Assembly (NCBI GenBank): GCA_951406725.2
Contig: OX597829.1
Location: 434,001 to 498,000, forward strand
Direction of reading: 5' to 3'
From: Octopus vulgaris
Taxonomy: Eukaryota
DNA: 64,000 nt
Below the pieces are notes generated by a model. It worked only from the letters and a program-made list of their open reading frames with translations. It was not told the DNA's origin and did no database searches. Numbering within the stretch: position 1 is the first letter of the stretch; the number at the start of each line of letters is the position of its first letter. The position numbers were made by a program, and so were the translations under genes. This document shows, in pieces, positions 26,936-40,159 of this stretch.

Positions 26936-27288
26936 GATAGAAATAGACAGACAGAGGACGCAGCGCATACAACTACATAGACAACAACCGGATAAATACA
27001 TATGTGTGTGCATGTGTATATATGTGTGTGTATGTATGTATCTATACACTCACGTGTGTGTTTATATGTTTACGCACATACACACTCACATTATACGCAT
27101 GCAGATACATGTCTTTTTCTCGAGAGAGGTTGTAGAATGAGAAAAGAGTCAGAAATAGAGTGAGGAGAGCGAGAGAGAAAATGTTTATTTGTAAAATTTG
27201 TACGGGGTATCGTGACGCATTCGATACTTGTACGTGTAGGGTTTTTGTGTTATCCGCAAAATAATACATTTTGTACTTGTCATATGTA

Positions 27289-27384
<96 letters not shown>

Positions 27385-27750
27385 GTTAATCCAAACAAGA
27401 AAACAAAAAGACAACAACGCAAGGATGTGGAACAAATAAAGTATTATTGGACGCTCAGGAAAGAAGGGAAGGAGATGTATGTGTGTGTGTATGTATGTAT
27501 ACACATATGTGAGTCTATATATATTTCCAAGATCTCTTAGGGTGGTGCTCCAGCATTGCCGTTATCTAATTATGGAAACAAATTTTTAAAACGACACACA
27601 CACACACACACATACAAATATATAGTAGCGGTTGGGTTTTGACTTTCATTTAGCAGTCACGTGTTTTCGGGTTTGAATTCCATTTTAGATGAGTGTTTGT
27701 TACCAAAATCTTTTTGGGAGAATCTGATTGAAGGAAACTATAGCCACTAA

Positions 27751-27787
<37 letters not shown>

Positions 27788-27845
27788 TCATGGTGTCTTC
27801 GTTTTTCGGCTCATTACTTAATATACATACAAACGAAAATGTGTG

Positions 27846-27922
<77 letters not shown>

Positions 27923-27928
27923 GGATAA

Positions 27929-27975
<47 letters not shown>

Positions 27976-28054
27976 TTATCGAAAATACATACATACATAA
28001 ACAGACACACGTGAGATGCGCATATATCTAGAGGGTTACTCACTTGCAAACAAA

Positions 28055-28405
28055 TATGGTAACATATAACAATATTGACCGAGGTTACCGTGGTCTTTTT
28101 CGTAGGCTTTTCTTCCTACGGATAAACTTTATTTGCTTCCTCCTTTACACCGTACATCATGACACTGTGATACACGATCCCTATTGATCGTTTTTTCCTC
28201 TTCCCCTTTTTTCCTCTTTTTTCTTCTTTTTTCTTTTTTCTTGTTTCTTTTCCTTTTTTCTTTTTCCCTTTTTTCCCTTTTACGATCCCTTTTGATCGAA
28301 AACCTACGCCACTTTTTTTCTTTTTTTCATCCCCCCCCCCACCTAAAAGCTCTACCTTGTAATTTGTCCCATCTGTGTGCAGCCCTGTATGGTCAATAAA
28401 GAAAC
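28055..28405 (+). mobile_element. LINE 3' UTR (probably L1/Tx1-like) ending aataaagaaa, followed by (TATC)n
   Basis: Pyrimidine-rich UTR ending in a polyA-signal-like aataaag. The terminus resembles the SINE A tail. Confidence 0.5.
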
Positions 28406-28415
28406 TTATCTATCC

Positions 28416-28466
<51 letters not shown>

Positions 28467-28514
28467 GGCCTTCACCCCCTCTCTCTCTCTCTCAATTCCT
28501 AGCGCATATTTGCT

Positions 28515-29392
28515 AGTTCGCGGACATGTCATGGAGGCTACGGTTTTGGCTCTCGCAATGAGGAGGGAACCAGGCTGCTGGGGTTCTGTGACGCAAACGA
28601 TCTTATGGTTTGCAATACTAACTTCAGAAAACCAACCAGTCACCTACCACTCTGGCAGACACACTAGTCAAATTGACTCCATGCTCACCATGTTCGCATG
28701 GATAATGGTTCACTTGCGCTAAATGAGGATGCAAAGAGAGAGGTTTGGAGAAGCCATTATGAAAGGTTGCTGAATAAAGAAAATGAATGGAAGAAAGAGA
28801 GTCTGCCGAATGTCGACCCAACAGAAGGACCAGCTATCCGAGTTGACAGTACCTTGGTAGATAAGGCAATTAGAAGTATGAAGATAGGGAAAGCACCAGG
28901 CCCATCAGGAATTACTGCAGATATGCTCAAAATATCTGGCAGTGTCGGCTATAGCTAGTCACCCGTATAGTTAACCAGGTGATATATGAATGAGTCATAC
29001 CCAATGACTGGTGTAGCAGCATAATAGTCAACTGCTACAAAGGTAATGGTGACGCCCTAGATACAAATAATTACAGAGGTATCAAGCTGTTGGATAAGGT
29101 AATGAAGGTTACGGAGAGGGTCATAGCCCAACTGATTAGGGAGAGAGTCAGCTTGGATGAGATGCAGTTTGGTTTCGTGCCAGGGAAAAGCACCTCTGAT
29201 GCCATATTTCTGGAAAGAGAGCTGCAGGAGAAATACCTGGCCAAAGATAATCCCCTATACCTAGCTTTCGTTGACATGGAGAAAGCCTTTGACAGGGTCC
29301 CCCGATCCCTTATCTGGTGGTCAATGAGGAAACTAGGGATAGATGAATGGCTAGTGAGAGCTGTGCAAGCTATGTACAGGGACGCTGTAAGT
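28515..29392 (+). mobile_element. RTE-like LINE internal fragment (AP-endonuclease end, deletion, RT N-half)
   Basis: GFGSRNEEGTRLLGFCDANDL; KIGKAPGPSGITADMLK; NYRGIKLL; QFGFVPGKSTSDAIF..LAFVDMEKAFDRVPR. In-frame stops are present. Confidence 0.92.
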
Positions 29393-29791
29393 AATATTTG
29401 GTTTCGAATGTATGTTTAATCTGTCGAACCTGGGTACCTTCCGTGGAGTGCGATATTATATTAGCATTCATGTTAGAGTTTCGATCTAAATTCAACATCA
29501 TTCACCCGTAAATCATGTATACAGGCCCGAAAACGACTCACAGTGATGTCCTTCCTTTTCTGGCTAATGGCTTTTGACACAGGCACGAGACCGGAAATCT
29601 TAAGGGGGCGGCCCGTACACATCAATGGTCTTTATTTTATTGACCTTCAAGCATTGAATAGTGAAGTTGACCTCGGTGAAATTTGACCATCGAACGTAAA
29701 AGTTCAGAAGGATAACAACAGCAAGTCATTTTGTCTTTTCCCTAAAACTATTCTACCAGTTTGATTCCTTCCGCAACTAACAAGCAAAACA

Positions 29792-29830
<39 letters not shown>

Positions 29831-30303
29831 GGATTAAATTTAAATGCGGCTCTTTGTATTTTTGTGAGAGTACATTATTCATTACATGGTTATTTAAGCA
29901 TTATATAAGCATGATCAGAAACAATATCGCCGAATATCGAAGGAACTTGATGTCATAGGCTCCCATGTCATAGGCTCCATCGCTTTTCTAATTCTCCTCA
30001 TCAAAGATTTGGCAGACATGAATGTACTGTCGAAATCTGTTAAAGGTACTGTGCACTGATATCGAACCTGAAGCCATGTAGTTGCGGAATGAATCGCTAA
30101 TCCAAACAGTCGTGTCTGACTTTATTCTCACGAAGTTCAGTATTATTATTATTATTGAGAATCTGTTATATTAATTTTTTTATAATTCTATATTTTATAT
30201 GTCTTTTTCATTTACTGAAATATAACTTGTTGCATTAAAAATATATAATGAATGTGTGTATGTGGGTGGGTGGGTGTGTATGTATGTGTGTGCGTGTGCG
30301 TGT

Positions 30304-30399
<96 letters not shown>

Positions 30400-31741
30400 G
30401 TGTGTGTGTATACTATAGTAAAGAAATTTTATAAAGAAAATAGTAAAGAAATTATATGTGTGTATACATTCATATGCTAAATTTATATGTTTATACACTG
30501 TATATATATTTATTTATACACTATAAATTTTCCAAATTTTATTATTTTGTGTCTCTTCATGTCTTTCTTTAAATTTTAGATCATAAAAATGTTTTCTTTT
30601 TAAACAATATACTGTGATCAGCATATAATATTCGTAATTTTCAACAAATTATTGTACATATCTTATAAAATATTGAACAATATTTAAAGAAGAAAAATAT
30701 CAAGAACAATAACAATATTAAGAAGAATAACTACAAATAGAAATGAACACATCCTCTTGAAGAAGCCAAACTTGTAACAAGGTGATAAAAAGATATTCTT
30801 TCTAAAAAAAAAAATGGGTGCTTGATATATTGATGAAGCTAAAACTGTTATGAAACTAAATAAAGAAAAGAATCTTACTAAAGTGATTCATTAGACTGGA
30901 AGCCTTAAAAAAAAGTACAGAAAGAATTTGAAGAGATATTCAACGCATATTAAAGAATGACAGATCCATAACGAATTAAAGAAAAAAAAAAGCTGGAGAA
31001 TTTGTAAAAGAGATAAATATAAACTTCTTCATTCTTAATCATAAGAACTTATCCAATTCAAAGAAGTTGAATCTAGACTCTAGAATGACGGGAGGGAAAG
31101 AATATTTTGGAGGAGAAAAGAAAAGAAAGAATGAATGAAAAAAAGACAACATGGAAAAGAGATAAAATATTTGGGCAAGTCCTACTCCGATAGACGTCAT
31201 TTTGGAATAAAGATGTTTTTTGCACAGGGAATCTGCAAATAAGTAATAAGAAGGAAAAACAGAAAAAAAACAGATATTGTTATAAATTTGAAATTTCCAT
31301 CTTTTAATATGATATTATATTTACGTGTCTTTATTTCAATAACATTGCTAAACGATAAGAATATTCTTGATATTTCTTTCGACGTTTTACGATGTACTAC
31401 AGAAGAATGTCGTTGATAAAATACGAAAGAATTTAGAAATTTCAGTTGCATAAAGACTAAATACATCAGATGAAAATGTCTTCTTACGAATATACACGCG
31501 CACATACACACACACACGCACACACACTTCTTTCACAACCAAACACAACGTTATTGATGGCAATACGCATGTATATATATTGGGAATCTGTAATATATTT
31601 TAATATTTTATATAAATACACACAAACACATATATAAACCCACAGAGAACATTTCCTACACATGCATACATCCATACACACACATATATAGATCGTTAGC
31701 CACTACACACATTTTTTCTCTCCTTGTTTTTTTCTGTGTCC

Positions 31742-31777
31742 CTTTCTGTAGAAGAGCGTAGGCTCGAAACGTAAAAG
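31742..31777 (+). ncRNA. Minimal hammerhead motif, A6U core variant
   Basis: cttt-CTGTAGA-a-gagc-gtag-gctc-GAAA-cg-TA-aaag. Stems I and II pair perfectly and stem III is the palindrome ACGT. Confidence 0.6.
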
Positions 31778-32214
31778 TCTTTTTCTATTCCTGAGCGTTA
31801 TACTAATACATCTATTTGTTTTGTACACCACCTGTCTTCGTCTTTTGCTTTTCTCGTAAACACTCCCTATATATATATATATATATCGAGAGAGAGAGGG
31901 GGGGAGAAAAATAAGTAAGTTTTTCGTAAAATAAAAAAAACATGTAAACATTCTTAAAGAAATCATATGACACTTTTGGACGGAAGTTTTGTATCGTGTA
32001 TATAAGTACTTTCGCCGTTAGGTTTTTTTCAAACACACGTATCGTAGGGCAACTTGTATAGAGGTAATTGTTTTTAGTAGCGCTGTCTATTACTTCCGGT
32101 TTGGTTTCAGAAACCGTATAAAATATTCTTCTTTCTTCTTTTGATTTTCGTAGTTGATCATTTTTTTTCCTTTATCTAGACATTTGTAATAAGAGGTAAT
32201 ATTAAAAAAACAGG

Positions 32215-32460
32215 GTAGACCTATGTCCCGTTAATCTAGGAGTTCCATTCTGTTTGTTTATTTCAGACTGATACAACATCCGTCACCTGCTTTCCAAGCC
32301 TGTTTCGATTTCACCATTCTACTTAGGAGTAAACTAGAATGACGTGAAATAAAATGCTTTGTTTAAGAACACAACGCATCACACAGTACAGGAATTGAAA
32401 CCACAATCTTACGACCACGAGCCCAAAACCCCTAACCACTTAACCAAGCTTCTCCATTTA
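32215..32460 (-). mobile_element. Old tRNA-headed SINE (family C-like)
   Basis: Minus-strand head tggttaagtggttagggg..gtggtttcaattcctg..tgtgttcttaaacaaagcattttatttcacg. Confidence 0.55.
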
Positions 32461-33461
32461 GACATTTAAATAAATGGAAAAAACACACACACTCACACAT
32501 ACACACGCACACACACAAACACACACACACTCTCTCTCTCTCTCTCTCACATGCACACATATAATACATTATAAGTGAGTTTGAATTTTGCTTGCAATAT
32601 TACACAGCAAAACTGGCTCATAATGAGAAGATGCTATGAATTAAGTTGCCTTTGAAATGTGAATACGGACGGAATAGAACAAGTTACGCGTAAATTGGAC
32701 AACTGGTTATTGAGATATTAGAGGTTTTCAGGGGATATAAGTACCCAAAAGGGAAAATTCTCCGAAAATAACTTAACCTTGAAAGAGATGAAACTTTCAA
32801 CTTTCGATTAGACGGAGCAACTTGACGACGAAAAAATATGAACTGCTTTTACAGTAAATGCTTTTGTTTTCGCTTTTGTGAAACAATATTTTAATCAGTT
32901 AGAAATATTTTTAAGTAAGCGTGATCACAAAAATTTAAGTTGTAAGTTGTTTGTACAGTAAGTATTTATATTTTAGCTTTCTTAAACAGAATACTTTAAT
33001 GCTTTTTAAAAATTACTTTCAAGTGAATACCATTACAAAATTATTTTTGGCATATTTAAAATTATTTTAAAGTGAAAATTACTTTAAAAATACGGTTAAT
33101 ATTTCGGAAAATACCCATTCGTAACCTCAGTGTAAAATCATTTTTTTCAAAGGTTTTTTTCGAGTTCATTCAATGTATCTCATCTCTAAAGATTTAGCTG
33201 CTATTTCTATCCCACTCTGCTGCCACATGACAGCTATTTGCGATAAAGGACCCGAAATAGCTGTTACGTGATAGCATGGCGCACAAGAAATAGCTGCCAA
33301 ATCTTCCGTTTTCTGGCGAAAGGAGCTGTTTACGCGTGATTTCGATGACACATTCATTGAAAGCATGCGAAAAAGCCTAGAAAAGAGAAAAAAACACGAA
33401 ACGAAGCTCCGTAGCTGGGAAACTCAGACTTTCCCAGTGACCCAACGGGTCACGGGTAGTT

Positions 33462-33526
<65 letters not shown>

Positions 33527-33574
33527 TAGACTACCCGTGACATATCTATATATATATATATATATATATATATA

Positions 33575-33968
33575 AGAGCAGGTGTGAATGTGTGGTAAGA
33601 AGCTTGCTTCCTCACCACATGGTTTCGGGTTCAGCCCCACTTCGTGGCGCCTTGGGCAAGTGTCTTCCACTATAGACTTGTGCCGGCCAAAGTATTGTTA
33701 GTGGATGTGATAGACGGAAACTGAAAGAAGCCCGTCGTATATGTGTGTGTTTGTGCCTGTGATTCTCCCCGCCCCACCACCACCACTGCATGGAAATAGG
33801 TGCTGGTGTGTTTTCGTCCTATTACATAACGATTCGACAAAAGGGGATCGAAAAAGCAACAGGCGTTAAAAAAGAAAAGTATTTTGCGTCGATTCATTCG
33901 ACTAAAAAGGTTGCTCAAGGTGGTGCCGCAGCTGGCCGTAGTCTAATGACTGAAACAAGTGCAAGAAT
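33575..33968 (+). mobile_element. SINE family B, diverged full length
   Basis: tRNA head, ccttgggcaagtgtcttc CORE-like block, and tail tgactgaaacaagt. Confidence 0.85.
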
Positions 33969-34123
33969 AATGATATATATGAACATGTGTGTGTGTGTGC
34001 ATGTGTGTGTGTGTGTGTGTGCATGTGCGTGTGTGTGTGTGTGCATGTGTGTGTGTGCATGTACCTATACACACGCGCGCGCGCATACAGAGCCACTGTA
34101 TTTATGTGTCGCGTGAATATTGA

Positions 34124-34531
34124 TACTCTTTTTACTCTTTGACTTGTTTCAGTCAATTGACTGCGGCCTTCCTGGAGCACCGCTTTTAGTCGAGCAAATC
34201 GACCCCAGGACTTATTCTTTGTAAGCCTAGTTCTTATTTCTATCGGTCTGTTTTGCCGAACCGCTAAGTTTCAGGGACGTAAACACACCAGCATCGGTTG
34301 TCAAGCGATGTTGGGGAGACAAACACAGACACACAAACATATACACACATACAAATATTCATGTATACGATGGGCTTCTTTCAGTTTCCGTCTACCAAAT
34401 CCACTCACAAGGCTTTGGTCGGCCCAAGTCTATAGTAGAAGACACTTGCCCAAGGTGCCATGTAGTGGGACTGAACCCTGAATCATGTGGTTGATAAGCA
34501 AGCTACTTACTACAGAGCCACTCCTGCGCCT
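34124..34531 (-). mobile_element. SINE family B, full length (tRNA head, CORE-like domain, internal CA/TA tract, tail)
   Basis: Reverse complement reads ggcgcaggagtggctctgtagtaag..gggttcagtccc..ggcaccttgggcaagtgtcttc..tgactgaaacaagtcaaagagtaaaaagag. Confidence 0.92.
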
Positions 34532-34911
34532 ATGATGAATATCTTTCGTTTATTTATTCCAGATCAAACTCCTCAGCTACATCTCTGGTTAAATTTAATC
34601 CAAATGAATGAAAACAAAAGTGAAATCCAGTTTTCACTTACAACATATGGTCATTGAAGGAAAATATTATTTGTAGTTTTAAATACTTTTGAATACTTGA
34701 ACACTTACATTGAACACTTACAACTATCATCACCGTCATACATTTCATATTTGGGGATTAAAAAATATGTTGAAAACCCCTACGAGAACGACTGGCTATA
34801 TATATATATAAACATGCTTGTGTGTGGCGGGGGTGTTTGGGTGTGCGTATGAACGAATATATATATGTATTTGTAAATATTTATACTTATATATGTAAAC
34901 ATATATACATG

Positions 34912-35028
<117 letters not shown>

Positions 35029-35168
35029 TTACATATGTGCAAATATTTACATATATACACACATATACACGCGTACACACACATGTGCGTCTGTATATAT
35101 ATATATATATGTATATACGATTACAGTGGCGTACTCCACGTCCTCGCGTTGTTGTGTTTTCTGTTTGT

Positions 35169-35263
<95 letters not shown>

Positions 35264-35915
35264 ATATATTTATATATATATATATATATGTGTATATATG
35301 AATGTGTATGTATCTACATGCATATATGTATATATATTTTTATACGTATGTATATGTACATATATGTATACATATGTGAGTGTTTGTGTGTGTGTGTATG
35401 TGTGTGTGTGTGTGCGTGTTTGTGTGTGTGTGTGTATATATTGGCACCCGCATACATACACGCAGCTCACACACACACACACATACACATTTACAGAGCC
35501 ATGAGAGTGCTTACAGTCTGTAAGGTGCGTGTCGATAAACGTCAGATGAATTTTTACTTAGATATGTCTAATTATTGGGCAGATGAACATGTGTTAGTTG
35601 CTTCGTTCAGGAAAATAGGTTTCGCGTGTTTTGTGTGTTTCACGCTACAATGGAACCGTCCACCGTCTCTGCAAACTCTCGCTGAGAGAAAAGAAAAAGA
35701 AGAAAAAAAGAAATGGTAAATAAGGAGTTTCTAGGTGGGACTGGTAAGGTTATGTTTTTGCAGTTAATGTTGCTTGCTGTTTGAATACGTGACGTTTAGT
35801 AAATGGTGGTGGTAGTGGTGTTGGTGGTAATGTGGAGGGATATTTTTGTTAAATAAGTAAATTGTTTGTATTGAAATATTTGTATTGGCAGGATATGAAT
35901 AAATAGCTGGATGAA

Positions 35916-36331
35916 GGCGGCGATCTGGCAAAAACGTTAAGCACGCCGGGCGAAATGCGTAGCCATATTTCGGCTGCAGTTACGTTCTGGGTTCAAATTC
36001 CGCCGAGGTCGACTTCGCCTTTCATCCTTTCGGGGTCGATAAATTAAGTACCAGTTACGCACTAGGGTCGATGTAAACGACTTAATCTGTTTGTCTGTCC
36101 TTGTCTGTCCCCTCTGTGTTTAGCCCCTTGTGGGTAGTAAAGAAATAGGTATTTCGTCTGCAGTTACGTTCTGAGTTCAAATTCCGCCGAGGTCGACTTT
36201 GCCTTTCATCCTTTCGGGGTCGATAAATTAAGTACCAGTTACGCACTAGGGTCGATGTAAACGACTTAATCCGTTTGTCTGTCCTTGTCTGTCCCCTCTG
36301 TGTTTAGCCCCTTGTGGGTAGTAAAGAAATA
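35916..36331 (+). mobile_element. SINE family A head-to-tail dimer
   Basis: A full unit followed by a 5'-truncated unit joined at aaagaaataggtatttcgtctgc. Confidence 0.92.
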
Positions 36332-37009
36332 AATAAATAGCTTGGATGTAGTGTTTAAGCGCTGCCACTAGGAAGAAAAAAAAGCAAAATTGCGGTAACA
36401 AAAAGCAGAAAATAAGAATTACTGGATGGAGGTTCTTTTGGACGAAAATTCACACGTGACTCTAGTTGAAAGCTATAATCTACATGCTTAAATTTCTAAT
36501 AATCGTCTTCATCTTGTTCTGCTTCTTGCGTGTTGCAACCACTAAGTTTTTACACTCGGTGTGATGATGGTAGTTATTCCAAGCCCCAGAGGATTACTGT
36601 CACGAGTCTTATTATTCTTCATAGGGTCAATTATCTGGTTTGTATGGTGTAGTAAGTAACCGAGATCTCGACAACCCCTTTTGCATGGAGCGCCAGTTCG
36701 TCACAGAGTTAACTCATTTACAGCTGAGGAAACTGAAGCGACGTAAAATGAAGACGACATTGTCCAAGAACATATTGCAACTGCCGGTCCGTGAATCGAA
36801 ACCGCGATGTTACAAATGTGATCGCAACACCCCAATCACTATGTCACGCCGCCTCCACAGTCTGATGACGACAAACTTAAATTTCTGCATCCATCACGTG
36901 CTCAAGAACATTATCTCTATCAGAAAATCTCTTAGAAAAATTTATTTCTCGAAGTGCTGCATCAAATGAGAAAACTTGTGTTTTGTATGTCCACATTTTA
37001 TTTCTAACT

Positions 37010-37196
37010 TTTCCTTGTTTCATTCGTCGATTCCTGCTATACAGGATCACCGCTTTGGCGAATTTTCGCCTAAACAAATCGACCCAAGTCTGGTACTTAT
37101 CCTGTGTCTTTTGCAGAACCGCTAAGTTACGTGGACGTAAACAAACTTACACTGGCTTTTAGGCAGTGTGATGGGGTACAATGATACGCACACATA

Positions 37197-37255
<59 letters not shown>

Positions 37256-37845
37256 CGGGTTTCCACAAAGGTGGCGAGCTGGCAGAATCGTTAGCACGCC
37301 GGGCGAAATGCTTTGCGGTATTTCGTCTGCCGCTACGTTCTGAGTTCAAATTCCGCCGAGGTCGACTTTGCCTTTCATCCTTTCGGGGTCGATTAAATAA
37401 GTATCAGTTACGCACTGGGGTCGATATAATCGACTTAATCCGTTTGTCTGTCCTTGTTTGTCCCCTCTGTGTTTAGCTCCTTGTGGGTAGTAAAGAAATA
37501 GGTATTTTGTCTGCAGTTACGTTCTGAGTTCAAATTCCGCTGAGGTCGACTTTGCCTTTCATCCTTTTGAGGTCGATTAAATAAGTACCAGTTACGCAGT
37601 GGGGTCGATGTAATCGACTTAATCCCTTTGTCTGTCCTTGTTTGTCCCTTCTGTGTTTAGCCCCTTGTGGGTAGTAAAGAAATAGGCTTTCACAAAGTTT
37701 ACGTGTACAAAATTCACTCATTGCGCTTTAGTCGTCCCGGAGCTTTATTAAGAGACACTTGTCCCAAGTGCTGTACAGTGGTGCTGAACCCTAAACCACA
37801 CGGTTGCAAAGTGAGCTTCTTCACAACAGAGCCTTACCTGCACCT
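37010..37845. mobile_element. Old SINE B (minus) split by a SINE A dimer (plus, 37270-37686)
   Basis: The SINE B 3' part at 37010-37260 resumes at 37687-37845. Imperfect TSD ttccacaaag / tttcacaaag. Confidence 0.85.
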
Positions 37846-37946
37846 AGTGAATGCTGTTCAAAATAGTAAAAGCAAGAGAAAGCGGAAATGTTTCCAGAAA
37901 ATTTTCGTAAGCAAATGATTTATACATAATCATACAAAATACTCAG

Positions 37947-38399
37947 GAATCTTTTCGGTTTGAACGGCAGTTTTTTCTAGCAGTGTCATATGAAATTGTC
38001 ACCCATAATTATGATCCTAGAATCGATCTATTGAATTTCAATCTGTTTTAGAGTTAGGGTTAGAGTTAGGGTTAGTTAGGATTAGTTTAGGGTTAGTTAG
38101 GGTTAGGATTAGGGGTGGGGGGAAGGGTATCTTTTTTTCTTCAGAAATGTAAATAAACCCAATCTGTTTCGTAAACGAGGGACATATTCATACGGCACAG
38201 AATGTTTTCACCTCAATAGACGTCATTGATTTGGTTGAAATTGCAGAAATTGAAGAAAAAAACAACAAACTATAGAATGTTCTCAATAAAGCCAAGAGAA
38301 AAAGATGTTTTATAAACACATTCTACCAGTATACGAAGTTTAAGTGTTTAGTTACGTGGAAATTATATTAAAAAACTGCCGTTCAAACCGAAAAGATCC
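37947..38399. mobile_element. MITE with ~30-bp TIRs and internal TTAGGG-like repeats
   Basis: gaatcttttcggtttgaacggcagtttttt ... aaaaaactgccgttcaaaccgaaaagatcc. No ORF. Confidence 0.9.
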
Positions 38400-38878
38400 A
38401 ATTTCACTCGTCCACAAGGTGTTTTTTCTCTTCTCTCGGTGTACTTTAGGGGAAAAAAGGTATCATACTTTGTGCTTGTAATGGCGTCATACTTTGTATA
38501 TGCAATGTAATAAGGCAAATACATGATGTATAAATTTTAACTTCTGAATATAAATGATTTAAATCACAAATCATTTTTTAAGTACCTCATTTATTTATTA
38601 CTTTTGTTTTAAATTCTCTCTATTAGCGAAGCAGAGTTAACAAGGAGAAACATAATCTTGTCGGTTAAACACCATTACCATTACCACCAGCATCACCACC
38701 ACAACCACCACTACCATCCCCATCATTGCTATCGCACTATATACATCTCAGCCACAACCACCTCAGCCTTATCCATAACGTACACCTATACCACCACCAT
38801 CATAATCATCACTATGACAACTTACCACAACCACCACCACCACCACACATTTCAACCATACTAGAAACTTCCATACTA

Positions 38879-39112
38879 CCTATTTCTTTACTACCCACAA
38901 GGGGCTAAACACAGAAGGGAAAAACAAGGACAGACAAACGGATTAAGTCGATTACATCGACCTCAGTGCGCAACTGGTACTTATTTAATCGACCCCGAAA
39001 GGATGAAAGGCAAAGTCGACCTCGGCAGAATTTGAACTCAGAACGTAAAGGCAGACGAAATATTGCTACGCATTTCGCCCGTCGTGCTAACGTTTCTGCC
39101 AGCTCGCCGCCT
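38879..39112 (-). mobile_element. SINE family A
   Basis: Matches the family A consensus. Confidence 0.92.
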
Positions 39113-39317
39113 TATACTACCGCCACTGCACCCACCACCGTGGAGCTTCTGAGAGTTTTACACACGTCCATTTAGTTGCAAACATTCGAGTGTAGTCTCC
39201 AGTTTCTTTTTGCCTTATTACCTCTTCTTGCCTTATTAGCAACTTCTTGCCTTATTAGCAACTTCTTGCCTTATTATCTCTCCCTCTCTCTCCCTTCAGA
39301 AATTGGTAAAGAGCGTT

Positions 39318-39545
39318 GAACTGGCAGAAACGTTAGCACGCCGGACGAAATGCTTTGCAGTATTTCGTCCGTCTTTACGTTCTGAGTTCAAATTCCGCCG
39401 AAGTCGACTTTGCCTTTCATCCTTTTGGGGTCGATTAAATAAGTACCAGTTACGCACTGGGGTCAATGTAATCGACTTAATCCCTTTGTCTGTCCTTGTT
39501 TATACCCTCTGGGTTTAGCCCCTTGTGGGTAGTAAAGAAATAAGA
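39318..39545 (+). mobile_element. SINE family A
   Basis: Matches the family A consensus. Confidence 0.9.
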
Positions 39546-39658
39546 AATTAGTAAAGAGCTTCTGCCTTTCAAACTCTGGAACAAAGCCATTGGAAAAAAC
39601 ATTACAAAAGATGATTTCAGAAAAAACAAAAATTGGTTCTTCCGGCAAGCTTGCACCA

Positions 39659-39870
39659 AGGCAGTGAGAGAGCAAAATCGTTAGCTATTCGGACAAAAAT
39701 GTTTAGCGGCACTTCTTCCGACATTACGTTCTGCGTTCAAATCCCACCGAAGTCGACTGTGCATTTCATCCTTTCGAAGTCGCTAGAATATAGTACCAGT
39801 TTAGTACGGCTCCCTGTTATCGACTATCCCCTCCTCTCAAAATTGCTGGCCTTGTGCCAAAACTAGAAAT
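39659..39870 (+). mobile_element. Older SINE A subfamily with alternative tail (aaattgctggccttgtgccaaaa)
   Basis: Same head and core as family A. The tail is shared with 48523-48720 and 61598-61810. Confidence 0.7.
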
Positions 39871-40159
39871 AATTATTTGTTAATTATAGTGAGAATTGCC
39901 ATCAGATCGCTGATTTATTCGGTTAGCTTATCGTTTTACATAGATGTATGTATTGTTCAGTTTTCTTTTCTTTTTTTCTTCTAATTACTATTTAATATAA
40001 TTATGGTCTCTAGCATTCAGAGTTAAGCTGGGAATAGTGACGTCATTTAAATAATAACTGAATGGCATCATTTGCCAAGAACTTACGCACGAAGGTAAAA
40101 ACAACAACAAAAATAATAATGGACGCAATGCAGAAACCTGAGCTTAAAACTAATGGTCA

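Noticed and set aside
39223-39277. 19-bp tandem repeat cttcttgccttattagcaa x3 (similar short arrays at 26755-26810 and 10148-10215)
   Set aside because: These are ordinary local slippage duplications with no further structure.
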